A stretch of 64,000 bases of DNA from the human T2T-CHM13v2.0 reference genome, Homo sapiens: NCBI RefSeq assembly GCF_009914755.1, contig NC_060947.1, one strand, 5' to 3'. The first letter of the stretch is position 1. Every line of letters begins with the position of its first letter. The notes under the pieces are model-generated. The model was not told the DNA's origin. It searched no databases and worked only from the letters and a program-made list of their open reading frames with translations. Of this stretch, positions 16,787 through 33,899 are shown in pieces. A program made the translations under genes and the position numbers.

Positions 16787-16959
16787 TATCCAAAAGCAAT
16801 ATGCTCATGGGAAATGTTACAACAGACGCTTCTAACTGTCCCCCTTCTCACTCATGGTAAGGGAACTCCTGCTTTTTAGATGGATTTATGGCATCCCCAA
16901 TTTAAGACATTCCCATACTAGTCTGCAGGTAGGTGTGGTTCCATGTGTCTATGTTGTAG

Positions 16960-17275
16960 TCAAGGAAAGATTAGCTAGAGTTTACATCTTTGGGGTCATG
17001 TCCTTAGTGTCAAGGACATGGCCTCCACTGCCATTTTATACCTTTCTTGCTGGCTGAAATTCAGACATTAGGAGAGTAATCTTGGACCATGTGGGATAAG
17101 GTCAATATTCTAAGGATAGCAGAGCAACAAGATGGAGGGTGCCTGGGCCCTTGGTGACATTTCAGTAGAGAGCTGCCATAATTGCTCAGATTTTACTTTG
17201 AGAAAGAAATGAGCTTCTGTCCTCTTTAAGGCATCGTTGATTTTAATCTCTGTTAGAGCAGCTGAATGTTATACT
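16960..17275 (+). mobile_element. Old MLT1 (J/K-like) LTR fragment
   Basis: atcttggaccatg..gcagagcaacaagatggagg..ctgttagagcagctgaa. Confidence 0.6.
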
Positions 17276-17859
17276 ATTACAATTGTATGGCAAATAATTT
17301 GCTACTAATAATATTTTAAGGAAGGAAGTATGATTGTGAGTTATTTATTTTGGTATAAGTTAGAGAAGTTATCCTATTACAACATTACTTGCACTAACAT
17401 GGATTCCAAAATGTTTTATAGAGCAAGAGAAAAGGAGTGTCATTGTATGTAGCATGTCAAGAATTGTGCAAATTCCATGGTGCCCCATTGGATATGTTCA
17501 ATCTGTGAATGCCATCTGTTATGTGTACTATAGGGTAAAAACTGTTAGATTGGTACAAGAGGCTAAGAAAATCATAATATAAACCATGTTAATACCTATG
17601 TATATTTGCCTTTATACTCAGATTGTATTCCTCACCTCATTTATAAATTTGGCTAATTCACATCATAAGGTAAAACCAGAAAGAGGGCTAGATACAAAAC
17701 AATCGCCATCCTTAGAAGGGCCACATGGGGCACCAGACCTACTAGTGGGAAGGCAGCTTAATGACAGCCAAAATGACATAATAAGAGCATAATGAGCCAA
17801 CCAATAAAATGCATGTTTTGCTTAAAAAATTATCAAGAAATAAAAATAGACATATAAGA

Positions 17860-18180
17860 GCCTATATGAGAGTTAACAAACATTCTTCTATGCACACTAT
17901 TAGTAGAATGTGAGTGTAGTTTATTACAAAGAAATAGACAAATGCACAAAGATGTAAAGAGTTAAGTTGTTACTCATGGTGCTATTCATACTAGTGAGAA
18001 ATTAGATGTAATCTACATGTCCAACAACTAAGAATTAGCTAAATAAATTTGGCCAATTCCTGTGATGGAATAATTTTCAGCCATTAAAATAGAATTTTTG
18101 AAGGTTATTTAATTAGATAATATTGACAATGCAGGTTTAACAATATGTGCACTATAATCTCGATGTTGAAAAAATCATAC
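17860..18180 (+). mobile_element. Degenerate L1ME fragment
   Basis: aatctacatgtccaacaa..gatggaataattttcagccattaaaa. Confidence 0.55.
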
Positions 18181-18424
18181 TGTACAGATACAATATACAT
18201 TTGTGTTTGAAAAATTTTCTTTTTATACTTTAAGTTCTAGGGTACATGTGCACAACGTGCAGGTTTATTACATTTGTATATATGTGCCATGTTGGTGTGC
18301 TGCACCCATTAACCTGTCATTTACATTAGGTATTTCTCCTAATGCTATCCGTCTCCCCTTCCCCCACCTGAAACAGGCCCCAGTGTGTGATGTTCCCCTT
18401 CCTGTGTCCAAGTGTTCTCATAGT

Positions 18425-22260
<3,836 letters not shown>

Positions 22261-22324
22261 TATGATGTTAGCTGGTCATTTTGCTCGTTAGTTGATGCAG
22301 TTTTGTCCTAGCATCGATAGTCTT

Positions 22325-23338
22325 TACAATTTGGCATGTTTTTGCAGTGGCTGGTATCAGTTGTTCCTTTCCATGTTTAGTGTTTCCTTCAGGAGCTCTT
22401 TTAGGGCAGGCCTGGTGGTGACAAAATCTCTCAGCATTTGCTTGTCTGTAAAGTATTTTATTTCTCCTTCACTTATGAAGCTTAGTTTGGCTGGATATGA
22501 AATTCTGGCTTGAAAATTCTTTTCTTTAAGAATGTTGAATATTGGCCCCCACTCTCTTCTGGCTTGTAGAGTTTCTGCTGAGAGATCTGCCGTTAGTCTG
22601 ATGGGCTTCCCTTTGTGGGTAACCCGACCTTTCTCTCTGGCTGCCCTTAACATTTTTTCCTTCATTTCAACTTTGGTGAATCTGACAATTTTGTGTCTTG
22701 GAGTTGCTCTTCTCGAGGAGTATCTTTGTGGCATTCTCTGTATTTCCTGAATTTGAATGTTGGCCTGCCTTGCTAGATTGGGGAAGTTCTCCTAGATACT
22801 ATCCTGCAGAGTGTTTTCCAACTTGGTTCCATTCTCCCCGTCACTTTCAGGTACACCAATCAGACGTAGATTTGGTCTTTTCACATAGTCCCATATTTCT
22901 TGGAGGCTTTGTTCACTTCTTTTTATTCTTTTCTCTCTAAACTTCTGTTCTCGCTTCATTTCATTCATTTGATCTTCCATCACTGATACCCTTTCTTCCA
23001 GCTGATCGAATCGGCTACTGAAGTTTGTGCATTCTTCACGTTGTTCTCACGCCATGGTTTTCAGCTCCTTCAGGTCATTTTAAGGCCTTCTCTACATTGT
23101 TTATTCTAGTCAGCCATTCATCTAATCTTTTTTCAAGGTTTTTAACTTCTTTGCAATGGGTTCGAACTTCCTCCTTTAGCTCGGAGAAGTTTGATCGTCT
23201 GAAGCCTTCTCTCAACTCATCAAAGTCATTCTCCGACCAGCTTTGTTCCATTGCTGGTAAGGAGCTGTGTTCCTTTGAAGGAGAAGAGGGGCTCTGATTT
23301 TTAGAATTTTCAGTTTTTCTGTTCTGTTTTTTCCCCAT
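22325..23338 (-). pseudogene. L1 ORF1p remnant
   Basis: MGKKQNRKTENSKNQS..., QEIWDYVKRPNLRLIGVPE, REWGPIFNILKEKNFQ; split over several frames. Confidence 0.93.
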
Positions 23339-24729
23339 CTTTGTGGTTTTATCTACCTTTGGTCTTTGATGATGGTGACGTTCAGATGGGTTTTGGTGTA
23401 GATGTCCTTTCTGTTTGTTAATTTTCCTTCTAACAGTCAGGACCCTCAGCTGCAGGTTTGTTGGAGTTTGCTGGAGGTCCACTCCAGACCCTGTTTGCCT
23501 GGGTATCAGCAGCAGAGGCTGCAGAACAGCGGATATTGCTGAACAGCAAATGTCTGATCATTCCTCTGGAAGTTTCATCTCAGAGGGGTACCTGGCCATG
23601 GGAGGTGTCAGTCTGCCCCTACTGGGTGGTGCCTCCCAGTTAGGCTACTCGGGGGTCAGGGACCCACTTGAGGAGGCAGTCTGTCCATTCTCAGGTCTCA
23701 AACTCTGTGCTGGGAGAACCACCACTCTCTTCAAAGTGGTCAGACAGGGACATTTAAGTCTACAGAGGTTTCTGCTGCCTTTTGTTTGGCTATTCCCTGC
23801 CCCCAGAGGTGGAGTCTACAGAGGTAGGCAGGCCTCCTTGAGCTGCGGTGGCCTCCACCCAGTTCGAGCTTCCCCGCTGTTTTGTTTGCCAACTCAAACC
23901 TCAGCAATGGCAGGTGCCCCTCCCCCAGCCTCGCTGCCGCACTGCAGTTTCATCTCAAACTGCTGTGCTAGCAATGAGCGAGGCTCCGTGGGTGTGGGAC
24001 CCCTCTGAGCCAGGTGCGGGATATAATCTCCTGGTGTGCTGTTTGCTAAGACCATTGGAAAAGCTCAGTATTAGGGTGGGAGTGACCCGATTTTCCAGGT
24101 GCTGTCTGTCACAGCTTTGCTTGGCTAGGAAAGGGAATTCTCTGACCCCTTGCACTTCCCGGGTGAGACGATGCCTCGCCCTGCTTCGGCTCACGCTCAA
24201 TGCGCTGCACCCACTGTCTGACAAGTCCCAGTGAGATGAACCCGGTACCTCAGTTGGAAATGCAGATATTACCCGTCTTCTGCGTCGCTCCCGCTGGGAG
24301 CTGTAGACTAGAGCTGTTCCTATTTGGCCATCTTGGAACCGCCTCCTGTATTTGTTTTAAGCTAGAAATTAGTCCAGATAGTCTTGCCCACTACTGCCAG
24401 AAATTGAAAGTCTTACCACCTAATATACAGACTGTTGAACAGTACTTTTGGTTTTGACCCTGCCTTCACTCCTATTACTAAAGATACCTCCAGTGTTTCT
24501 AGTTATAACAGGAAATAAGGAAAGAAAACAGGATCAGAGATTGGCAGTTTACAGATTTGATGGTGGGGCTGGTGGAATTCCTGTATGATTCATTTTCTCA
24601 ATGTGGTTTGAAGTGAAGTTATTAGTTCAGAGTAGGAAAAAGAAGAAAAAGGAGAGATATGAAATAGTCATCTCGAAGAATGAAAAAACAAGCTTTCTAT
24701 TGAAACTTAATGTCATTTTCCATCTACAT

Positions 24730-25088
24730 TGCTATGGACTGAGTGTTTGTGCCTTTGCCCCAAAATTTATATGTCAAAGTCCTAATCCCCAGTGTGATGG
24801 CATTTGGAAGTGAGGGCTTTTGTGGGGCAATTAGGTCATGAGGGTGGAGCTGTCATGATGGGATTCATGTCCTTATAAGAGGCAGAAGAGAGATGTTGTC
24901 TCTCTCCACCATGTTAGGATACAGCAAGAAGGTTGCAGTCTACAAACCAAGAAGAAAGTGCTTGCCAGACACCAAATATGTTGGCCTTGATCTTGGACTT
25001 TTCAGCCTCCGTAACTGTGAGAAATAAATGTTTTTTCAAGCCACTCATCTATGACATTTTGTTATAGCAGCCCAAGTTGACTAAGACA
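24730..25088 (+). mobile_element. MLT1A-type solo LTR
   Basis: tgctatggactgagtgtttgtg...gttatagcagcccaagttgactaagaca. Confidence 0.88.
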
Positions 25089-26572
25089 AACATAAAGTAC
25101 AAATTTGAGTTTTGTGTTCATTAACAGAAAATGGGATGAGTCCACCAAGTACGTGATTGAATTCATCACAGTTTAGCTATACAGAAGAAACTGAAGTTTG
25201 GGATTTTCCAAATAATAACAATGGCGAGAAGACAAGGACATTAAGGTTATTTGCAAGAATGTGATCATAGTGAAGAACCATGGAATCGGGCTGAGATTAA
25301 GACAAGATTAACAGCACCCCAACCCCAAAAGAGAATGATGAGGTCAATGGATGAGAGACCTTGATGAAGTCAAATATCAGCTATAATTTTGGAAGTTAAG
25401 CAAGTAATCTGAAACTAAAGGATACAGGTATCTGAAATGGAGCTATTTGAATTTGAGATGTCAGGGATGGGTGGTTTTGGTTAATGAGATGTTACTGAGC
25501 ATCACTTTGGAAGTGGGTTGCTAATACAGAGTGGCAGTAAAAGCACACTGGTAATGAAGAAGTTAATGGATTGAGACCAAGTTGATGAACACTGAATTCA
25601 TCAGGAATGATGAAAGTATTGTAAATAAGAGTGTGAGAAAGCAGCATGAATGAGGACAAGACCCAGCACGGTTGGTAAGTGACAGCACTACAAAAGAGGA
25701 TAGAGTAGTATACCACTTCCATGAGCCTTAGTAGAGCAGGAGGTTTGCAAGAGGGAGGAGGAAAGGTGGTCTAGAAGCTGTAATAGAACTACTATCCCTC
25801 TTCTTGACCTGAAGTATAAAAGGTATAAGAAAATAATAATAAAAAAAGGTTTCCTCTTGAGAAGACCACACTAGCTTTTATAAATGCAATGACTGAGGTA
25901 AACAGAATATAAGGCATGCTAGGATGACTCCTAAAGTCTAAAAGAGCACATGCTCTCAGTTTTCTTAATTTTTTAGGAATTCAAATTCTTTGTATGTAAA
26001 ATGAAGAGATAAAATTTGATGGTCTATAAAGTTCTTTCACTCTCTGAAATATTGCATGTGTCACTTTAAACATCTACGATTGAGCAATGTGTATTACCAG
26101 GATTAATATTTTCATGATCTGTAACATCACGTCTTGACTCAAATCTCTATTCTGCACACTTAAGTTTAAAAGAGCATAAGTTCACAATGTTAGGTAGTTT
26201 GAACAAACTGTTACTTTTTATGGATAGGTCCTAATACTAATATTTTATGAGATTTCATCTTTGGTTTGTTCTTGCCAATCTCTGCAACTCTGCAGGGTGT
26301 TTTTACACATATATCTTTTGGCCTCAATTTTGTTAGGTGCTAATTTTAATGCTCATTTATCAGTTGCCATGAGCAAAACAGTGACGAGTTCTAATTCTCT
26401 TTCTGTCATATCCAAGTGGCCTCCATTCTTCTCTTACAAACAGATAATATTTTGACTGTGTGAACATTACAAGTGCACCTAAATTCTGCCAAATTCCAAA
26501 TAATGGCAGTGTAACTGTGAGTGAGTATAGTCTCTCTCAGCTTCATTTTATAAAGAATGGTTTTCTCTAAAT

Positions 26573-26892
26573 CAGTGTTTTTTCAGCTAAGGATTAAGAC
26601 CCATTAGTGAATTATAAAATTAATTTTTTATTAAATTAAAAGCTTGTCAAAAGTAGCATTTTTAGGGAAATAAATCAAAATAGAAAAAGAAAAAATATTC
26701 AAGTGCATATAAGAGTAAAAATTGTTTCCTGAAACTTGTTTTCATATATATGGCTATTTACAGATATAATATATATATATATTTGTTTCTGTATATACTG
26801 TGTATATACACACATATGTTTAAGTGTACTGAGTAATAATGTAAAATTCATTTCTTATTGTGGGTTGTGGTCAAAATGATTGAAAGCCACAG
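26573..26892. mobile_element. hAT-Charlie (Charlie4-like) remnant
   Basis: cagtgtttttt..gacccattagtg ... ttcttattgtgggttgtggtcaaaa..gaaagccac. Confidence 0.55.
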
Positions 26893-26974
26893 GCATAGCA
26901 AAATGTGCAAGTAGGATTTCTACTTCCTATCCTAGAATATCCCAAGTTCCCTCTTGATACCTTGAGAGAGCAAG

Positions 26975-27402
26975 TGTACTAGTCAGCTTTGCAGCGAAAC
27001 AATCTCAGAATGTTAGCAAATTGCAAAAAAAAAAACATTATTTCTTGCTCATATCATGTGTTGACACCTGCAGGTCTGCTGTTGTAGTTCCATATGTGTT
27101 TTCGTTCTGGGATCTAGATTGAGGGAGAAGCTCCTATTTGGAACATGACATTTTAATGGCAGACAAGACAAGAAAGAGAAATGGTAGAAGTCTGTGATGT
27201 TCAAAGGTGACATACATCACACCCACTCACATTCCATTGGCTAAATTATATTACACATAAAGCCCAAAAGTCAGTGTAGTGGTATTGTAAACTCCACCTT
27301 CAAGGAGGCACAACAACTCACATGGCAACAAGCAAGGACATATAAATTTCTCATCACTAAGGGAGCTAGTATTTGGGAACAATAATACAATCCTCCAGAA
27401 CA
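26975..27402 (-). mobile_element. Old MLT1 LTR remnant
   Basis: tgtactagtcagct.., cactcacattccattggctaaa.., aataatacaatc. Confidence 0.55.
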
Positions 27403-28334
27403 ATGTACTTCTCTCCTTTCCCCTTCTAATCCCCATGTGTGACAAAGGAAAACCGAACATGTCATGTTCCCTAGGTAGGAAAGAGGCCAAGGTAATGGCT
27501 AATATGAGTTGTGGCCTGGTTAGTTTCCTCTGGGTTCTGGTCAAATACTTAATTTGAGCCATTATCTTGCAAATTGACTGAGGTCTTTAAAGCATAACTA
27601 GAACAGAGCAAATGGATCCATGTACTAAAAAATACCTAGAGACATAAAAGGAAGACAATAATAATCACCAAGAAATCAAGTAAATTGCACAAACTACCCC
27701 AAAAGGGGTTAACATAGGTCTTCTTCCTAAGGGCACTAATTAATTTTTATAAACCAAGCATAAATAGCACTAATGAAACTTAAAGAGAAAGTGGATTTTT
27801 AAGGTATATCTTGAAAGGACTCATTTTCTGTTCTGTTCTCCTGTGGAAGTTTACATAAGTAAATGTTATAATCATTTCCTCAAGATCTAATTACCAGAGA
27901 TTATGCATTCCAGTGTTTCTTCCTTAATTCAAAAATGGTTCAGAAACCCAGTCATGAAGATAAGAAAAAACTAATAGTAAGTCCTATGAATGCCTATGAC
28001 TCCCTGAGAACGCTTAAAAAATGAAAAATGAGTTATTCATAAGTGAACATTATTTTAAATTTTTCAGCTAGTATGAATCAATCATTCCAAACCAAATTAC
28101 ACTAGAAATGTCCTATCCATATTAAATCCTAAATTATGCACTTAAATGGCTAACTAATAATTTATTCTTTGAAAGAACATGAACAAGACTCCAATCAATT
28201 TTCATGAGACAGGCCAAGCAAATATGAAACTACTGCCAAGTCCCAAGTGTTCCATCTTAGCAACTTTACAAAAAAAAAAAATTGAATGGAAAACCACACC
28301 ATTTTTAAAATAACTTAGCTATTAATAAAATGAA

Positions 28335-28367
28335 GTGTGTGTGAGTGTGTGTGTGTGTGTGTGTGTG
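28335..28367. repeat. (TG)n microsatellite
   Basis: direct inspection. Confidence 0.95.
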
Positions 28368-29049
28368 ATCTCATCAAACAATGCATGAATGTACTTGAGA
28401 AATGGAGTTCCAACAGACCAGGGTCACCATGAGGCCTTACGGTAAGTCTTCTTGCTCTGAACACTTTTGTGCAGTACACAAGCACACATCTCTTATGTAA
28501 TGGCCCTAAAGTCTTGGGCAAACTCCATCTTATCCATCAAAGAGAAATATAATTATTCAACACTTATTTCATTCCCAAGTGGACACTTACCTCAGTGGTC
28601 ACTACCTTAAAGAGAAATCTGAGAAGAGCCAAAGTGGCACTTCACCTTGCTGTGGCCCAAGGATGACTTTTGTTGATTATACAACCCGCTGCTCTCATTT
28701 AATTGAGAAACCAGGAGGGCTGAGGTGTGAAGGAAATCCCCCTAACATCCTGAAAAAGGTCACACTACCCATCACCTAAGCTCTGAGTAGAACACAAAAC
28801 AGTTTCTATTTCCAGACAAGGTAATTGACTTGGCTCTTGATAGTGATCCCTGGAGCAAAGGTGTTGCTGAAAGAAACACCCAACTATTTTGCTTGTGAGG
28901 AAAGGAGAAGAGTCCTCCTAAAGAACAGTTTAGACTTAGAATGTTTAAATTAAAGGACCAATAAGAGTTATTCAATCAGACCCTTTCATATGACATATAA
29001 TAAAAGAAATTCAAAGCATTTTGATGACTCTCCCAACATCACCTAGCTA

Positions 29050-29110
29050 TTTTTTTTTTTCTGAGACAGAGTCTTGCTCTGTCACCCAGGCTAGAGTGCA
29101 GTGGTGTGAT
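29050..29110 (-). mobile_element. Severely 5'-truncated Alu (about 60 bp)
   Basis: poly(T) plus gagacagagtcttgctctgtcacccagg; TSD acctagcta at 29041 and 29111. Confidence 0.88.
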
Positions 29111-29446
29111 ACCTAGCTAATTTTTGACTAAACTTAGATTTGAACCCACGTCTCACTACTCAGAGATGATTGTTCCTTCTGCTACAATTATGAAATCCCG
29201 GTTTCAGCACCAAATTCTCAAAAAGGGAGAATAGCCAGGATATTAGTGACTAATATTCAATGATGGGGCAAAAAAGGACCCCCTAGAGTGACAGAAATAT
29301 TATATATCCGATTGGGATTTTGGTCATACATGTGTATGTATTTGCCTGTATACTCATCAAACTGTATACTTAAGATCTGTACATTTCATCATAAATCATA
29401 TACTATTTTGATATTAAAATTAAAATACATAATGAAGATAATTTGT

Positions 29447-32246
29447 GAGATGCCAAGATTCCTAGAAAGATACAACCCTCCTAGCCTAAATCAGGAAGGA
29501 TTAGATACCCTGAAAAGACCAATAACAAGCAGCGAGATTGAAATGGTAATTTAAAAATTACCAACAAAAAAAGTCCAGGACCAGACAGATTCACAGCAGA
29601 ATTCTACCAGACATTCAAAGAAGAATTGGTACCAATCCTATTGACATTATTCCACCAGATAGAGAAAGAGGGAACCCTCCCTAAATCATTCTATGAAGCC
29701 AGTATAACTCTAATACCAAAACCAGGAAGGGAAATAACCAAAAAAGAAAACACAGACTGATATCCCTGATAAGCATAGATGCTAAAATCCTTAACAAAAT
29801 ATTAGCTAACTGAATCCAACAACATATCAAAAAGATAATCCACCATAATCAAGTGGGTTTCATACCAGGGATGCAGGGATGGTTTAACATATGCAAGTCA
29901 ATAAATATGATACACCATATAAACAGAATTAAAAACAAAAAACACATGATCATCTCAATAGATGCAGAAAAAGCACTCAACAAAATCCAGCATCCCTTCA
30001 TGATTAAAACTCTCAGCAAAATCAACATACAAGGAACATACCTCAATGTAATAAAAGCCATCTATGAAAAACCCACAGCCAACATAATAGTGAATGGGGA
30101 AAAGTTGAAAGCATTCCCCCTGAGAACTGGAATAAGACAAGGATGCCCACTCTCACCACTCCTCTTCAACAGTACTGGAAGTCCTAGCCAGAGCAATCAG
30201 ACAAGAGAAAGAAATAAAGGACATCCAAATCAGTAAAGAAGAAGTCAAACTGTCACTGTTTGCTGACGATATGATCATTTACCTCAAAAACCCTAAAGAC
30301 TCCTCCAGAAAGCTCCTAGAACTGATGAAAAGAATTCAGCAAAGTCTCTGGATGCAAGATTAACATACACAAATCTTCTATACACCAACAGCAACCGAGC
30401 AGAGAATCAAATCAAGAACTCAACCCCTTTTACAATAGCTGCAAAATAAAATAAAATAAAATAAAATAAAATAAAATAAAATAAAATAAAATAAAATAAA
30501 ATACTTAGGAATGTACCTAACCAAGGAGGTGAAAGACCTCTACAACAAAAACTACAAAACACTGCTGAAAGAAATCAGAGATGACACAAACAAATGGAAA
30601 CACATCCCATGCTCATGGATGGGTAAAATCAATATTGTGAAAATGACCACGCTGCCAAGAGCAATGCACAAATTCAATGCAATTCCCATCAAAATACCAC
30701 CATCATTCTTCAGAGAATTAGAAAAAAAAAATTCTAAAATTCATATGGAACCAAAAAAGAGCCCACATAGCCAAAGCAAGACTAAGCAAAAAGAACAAAT
30801 CTGGATGCATCATACTACCTGATTTCAAACTATACTATAAGGCCATAGTCACCAAAACAGCATGGTACTGGTATAAAAATAGGCACACAGACCAATGGAA
30901 CAGAATAGAGAACCCAGAAATAAACCCAAATACTTACAGCCAACTGATCTTTAACAAAGCAAACAAAAACATAAACATAAATGGGAAAGGACACGCTTTT
31001 CAGCAAATGGTCCTAGGATAATCGGCTAGCCACATGTAGGAGAATGAAACTGGATCCTCATCTCGCACCTTAAACAAAAATCAACTCAAGATGGATCAAA
31101 GACTTAAATCTAAGACCTGAAACCATAAAGATTGTGTAATAGAAGATAACCCCTTCTAGATATTGGCTTAGGCAAAGACTTCATGACCAAGAACCCAAAA
31201 GCAAATGCAACAAAAGCAAAGATAAATAGATGGGACTTAATTAAACTAAAATGCTTCTGCACAGCAAAAGAAATAATCAGCAGAGTGAACAGACAACCCA
31301 CAGAGTGGGAGAAAATACCTGCAAACTATGCATCTGACAAAGGACTAATATCCAGAATCTACAAGGAACTCAAACAAATCAGCAAGAAAAAAAACAAACA
31401 ACCCCATCAAAAAGTGGGCTAAGGACATGAATAGACAATTCTCAATAGAAAATATACAAATGGCCAACAAACATATGAAAAAGTGCTCAACAGCACAAAT
31501 GATCAGAGAAATGCATATCAAAACCACGATGCAATACCACCTTACTCCTGCAAGAATGGCCATAATTAAAAAATCAACAAATAATAGGTGTTGGCATGGA
31601 TGTGATGAAAAGGGAACACTTTCACACTGCTGGTGGGAATGTAAACTAGTACAAACACTATGGAAAACATTTGTGAAGATTCTTTAAAGAACTAAAAGTA
31701 GAACTAGCATTTGATCCAGCAAACCCACTACTGGATATCTACCCAGAGGAAAAGAAGTCGTTATATGAAAAAGACATTTGTACACAAGTTTATGGCAACA
31801 CAATTTGTAATTGCAAAAATATGGAACCAGCCTAAATGCACATCAACCAAAGAGTGGATAAAGAAAATGTGGTATATGTATATACCATGGAATATGACTC
31901 AGCCATAAAAAGGAATGAAATAATGGCATTCACAACAACCTGGATGGAGTTAAAGACCATTATTCTAAGTGAAGTAACTCAGCAATGGAAAACCAAACGT
32001 CGTAGGTTCTCATCTGTAAGTAGGAGCCTAAGCTATGAAGACACAAAGGCATAAGAATGATATAATGGACTTTGGGGACTCGGCGGGGGAAGGGTGAGAG
32101 GGGGTGAGGGATAAAAGACTACACATTGGGTACAGTATACACTGCTCAGGTGACTGATGCACCAAAATCTCAGAAATCACCACTAAAGAACTTTTCCATG
32201 CAACCAAACACCACCCATTCTCCAATAACTGTTGAGATTTTTTTAA
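29447..32246 (+). mobile_element. 5'-truncated L1PB
   Basis: degenerate ORF2 ([15 protein letters not shown]), L1PB-type 3' UTR; aagataatt on both flanks. Confidence 0.93.
30443..30503. repeat. (AAAAT)n microsatellite within L1PB
   Basis: about 12 perfect units. Confidence 0.95.
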
Positions 32247-33899
32247 AAGATAATTGCAAAAGAATAAAATAAAATAAAAGCACCCAAGAGGAATGCATGG
32301 TAGAACAGGAAGAGATGAACATAAGGGGGATCATAAAAGCCATAGGGACTAAAAGGGAATCTATTGGGTGGTCAGAGCAAAGACACTGGATGTGGCAGGG
32401 AAAGGAACTCTGAGGTTCCTGAGGAAACTGAATATGCTCTCAAAAGAGCAACAGCTCAGGATTTCCTCCACAAGACAGGGCCCCAAATTCACATTACTAC
32501 CTTCCCCACCATGCAAGGATGTGCCCTTCTCCCATTATCCTGTCTCCCTGGGCCCGTGTCTAAAGAGATAAGAAAAATCATGAGGAGAAGATATAAGAGA
32601 GGAAAAAGGAGGTAGACTGGGTCTATGCCACATGTACATATGCATAGTACATTTGTAGAAATGCAAACCTCATTGAAGTGCCAGTGTGGAATAGGCAGAA
32701 ATCCTCAACATTCAGGGGTTTAGTTTTTAGATTACTATACAAGATGGGCTTCTAACTGCTAGGAAGCAACCACAGGATCTTCGATTACTTAAGAGGGACC
32801 AGATAACTATGGGCAGATAAGGAAAGAAAAAATGCCTACACCAGTTTTCATAGGTAAGCAGAAGAATAAGAAACTCACTTATTTCCATCTCATGAGGACA
32901 AGCCACAGAAATTCATTATAATGGATGAGAACACAGTACACATGGGGGAAAGTAAAGAAAGTCTGATACAGTGAACAAATTCCCATCTGAATATGCTCCA
33001 AAGGAATTGGGCAGTCAGGCAGTCATGGTGAGTACAACAGGAGAGCACTCCACCCTGGACTATTAGAGCAGCTAAGGCAGGAAATGATGTGTCATGAAGA
33101 CATTTCAGTTTGGTGAAAGCCTAATATTCTACTATGTTAACATGGCCTTCAAAAATATGAAGGAGAAAAGTTCTCTGAGGAAACCTACTAGTCCAAATAT
33201 CCCTACTTGAAAGGTGGAGAGAATTTCCCACTAGAAATGATTAAATATTGAAAATATCTTCAAAATAAGAAGGCTATGAACCAGAGAGGGCTGAAGGGAA
33301 ACACTTATGTGGCGGGGTCTGCATGCACCCCAGCATCTCATAGAATGATGGGATGAAAGGATATTGATTTCCTACACATTATGCACTCCCATAGTTCTCC
33401 CTGAATTTATCAGTTTGCTCTCCTTTTCTCTCTCGTCCCCATTTTTCCTTTTTCTCTACTTTTCCCCATGTCTACTGTGTTCTCATTCATTACACTGAAT
33501 GATAATATACAAAGAATGCAGTGGTTATCAGGATGAGGACCATACCTCAATCATTCAGGTAGAATCTACTAGAGGTAGCAGAGCAGGCAAAATCCTTTAA
33601 GAGCTGGTATTTGGCTTGTTAAAAATATGTAATGTGCACAAGGAAATGAGCCCATAATACCTACTATTAAGGGTGTAGCTAGTGATGAGTCTGTGAGTCA
33701 ACCACATCCCTAAAGTCTGCATTGAACATGATATTGAAAGTTACATGTGCCTCATGTAAGAGCTACGGCAGAAACTCCAAAGGGTAAAATAATAAATGCT
33801 CAGTAGAACCATATTCTAAAGTAAGGTATAGGCTATCTTGCTAACAATAAACCAAAAATGGTTCTGCTGGCATTGTCCCATGGCCCAGCTCAAAAATAT

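Noticed and set aside
23415-24234. Plus-strand ORFs of 197 and 128 aa
   Set aside because: Antisense frames of the GC-rich L1 5' UTR.
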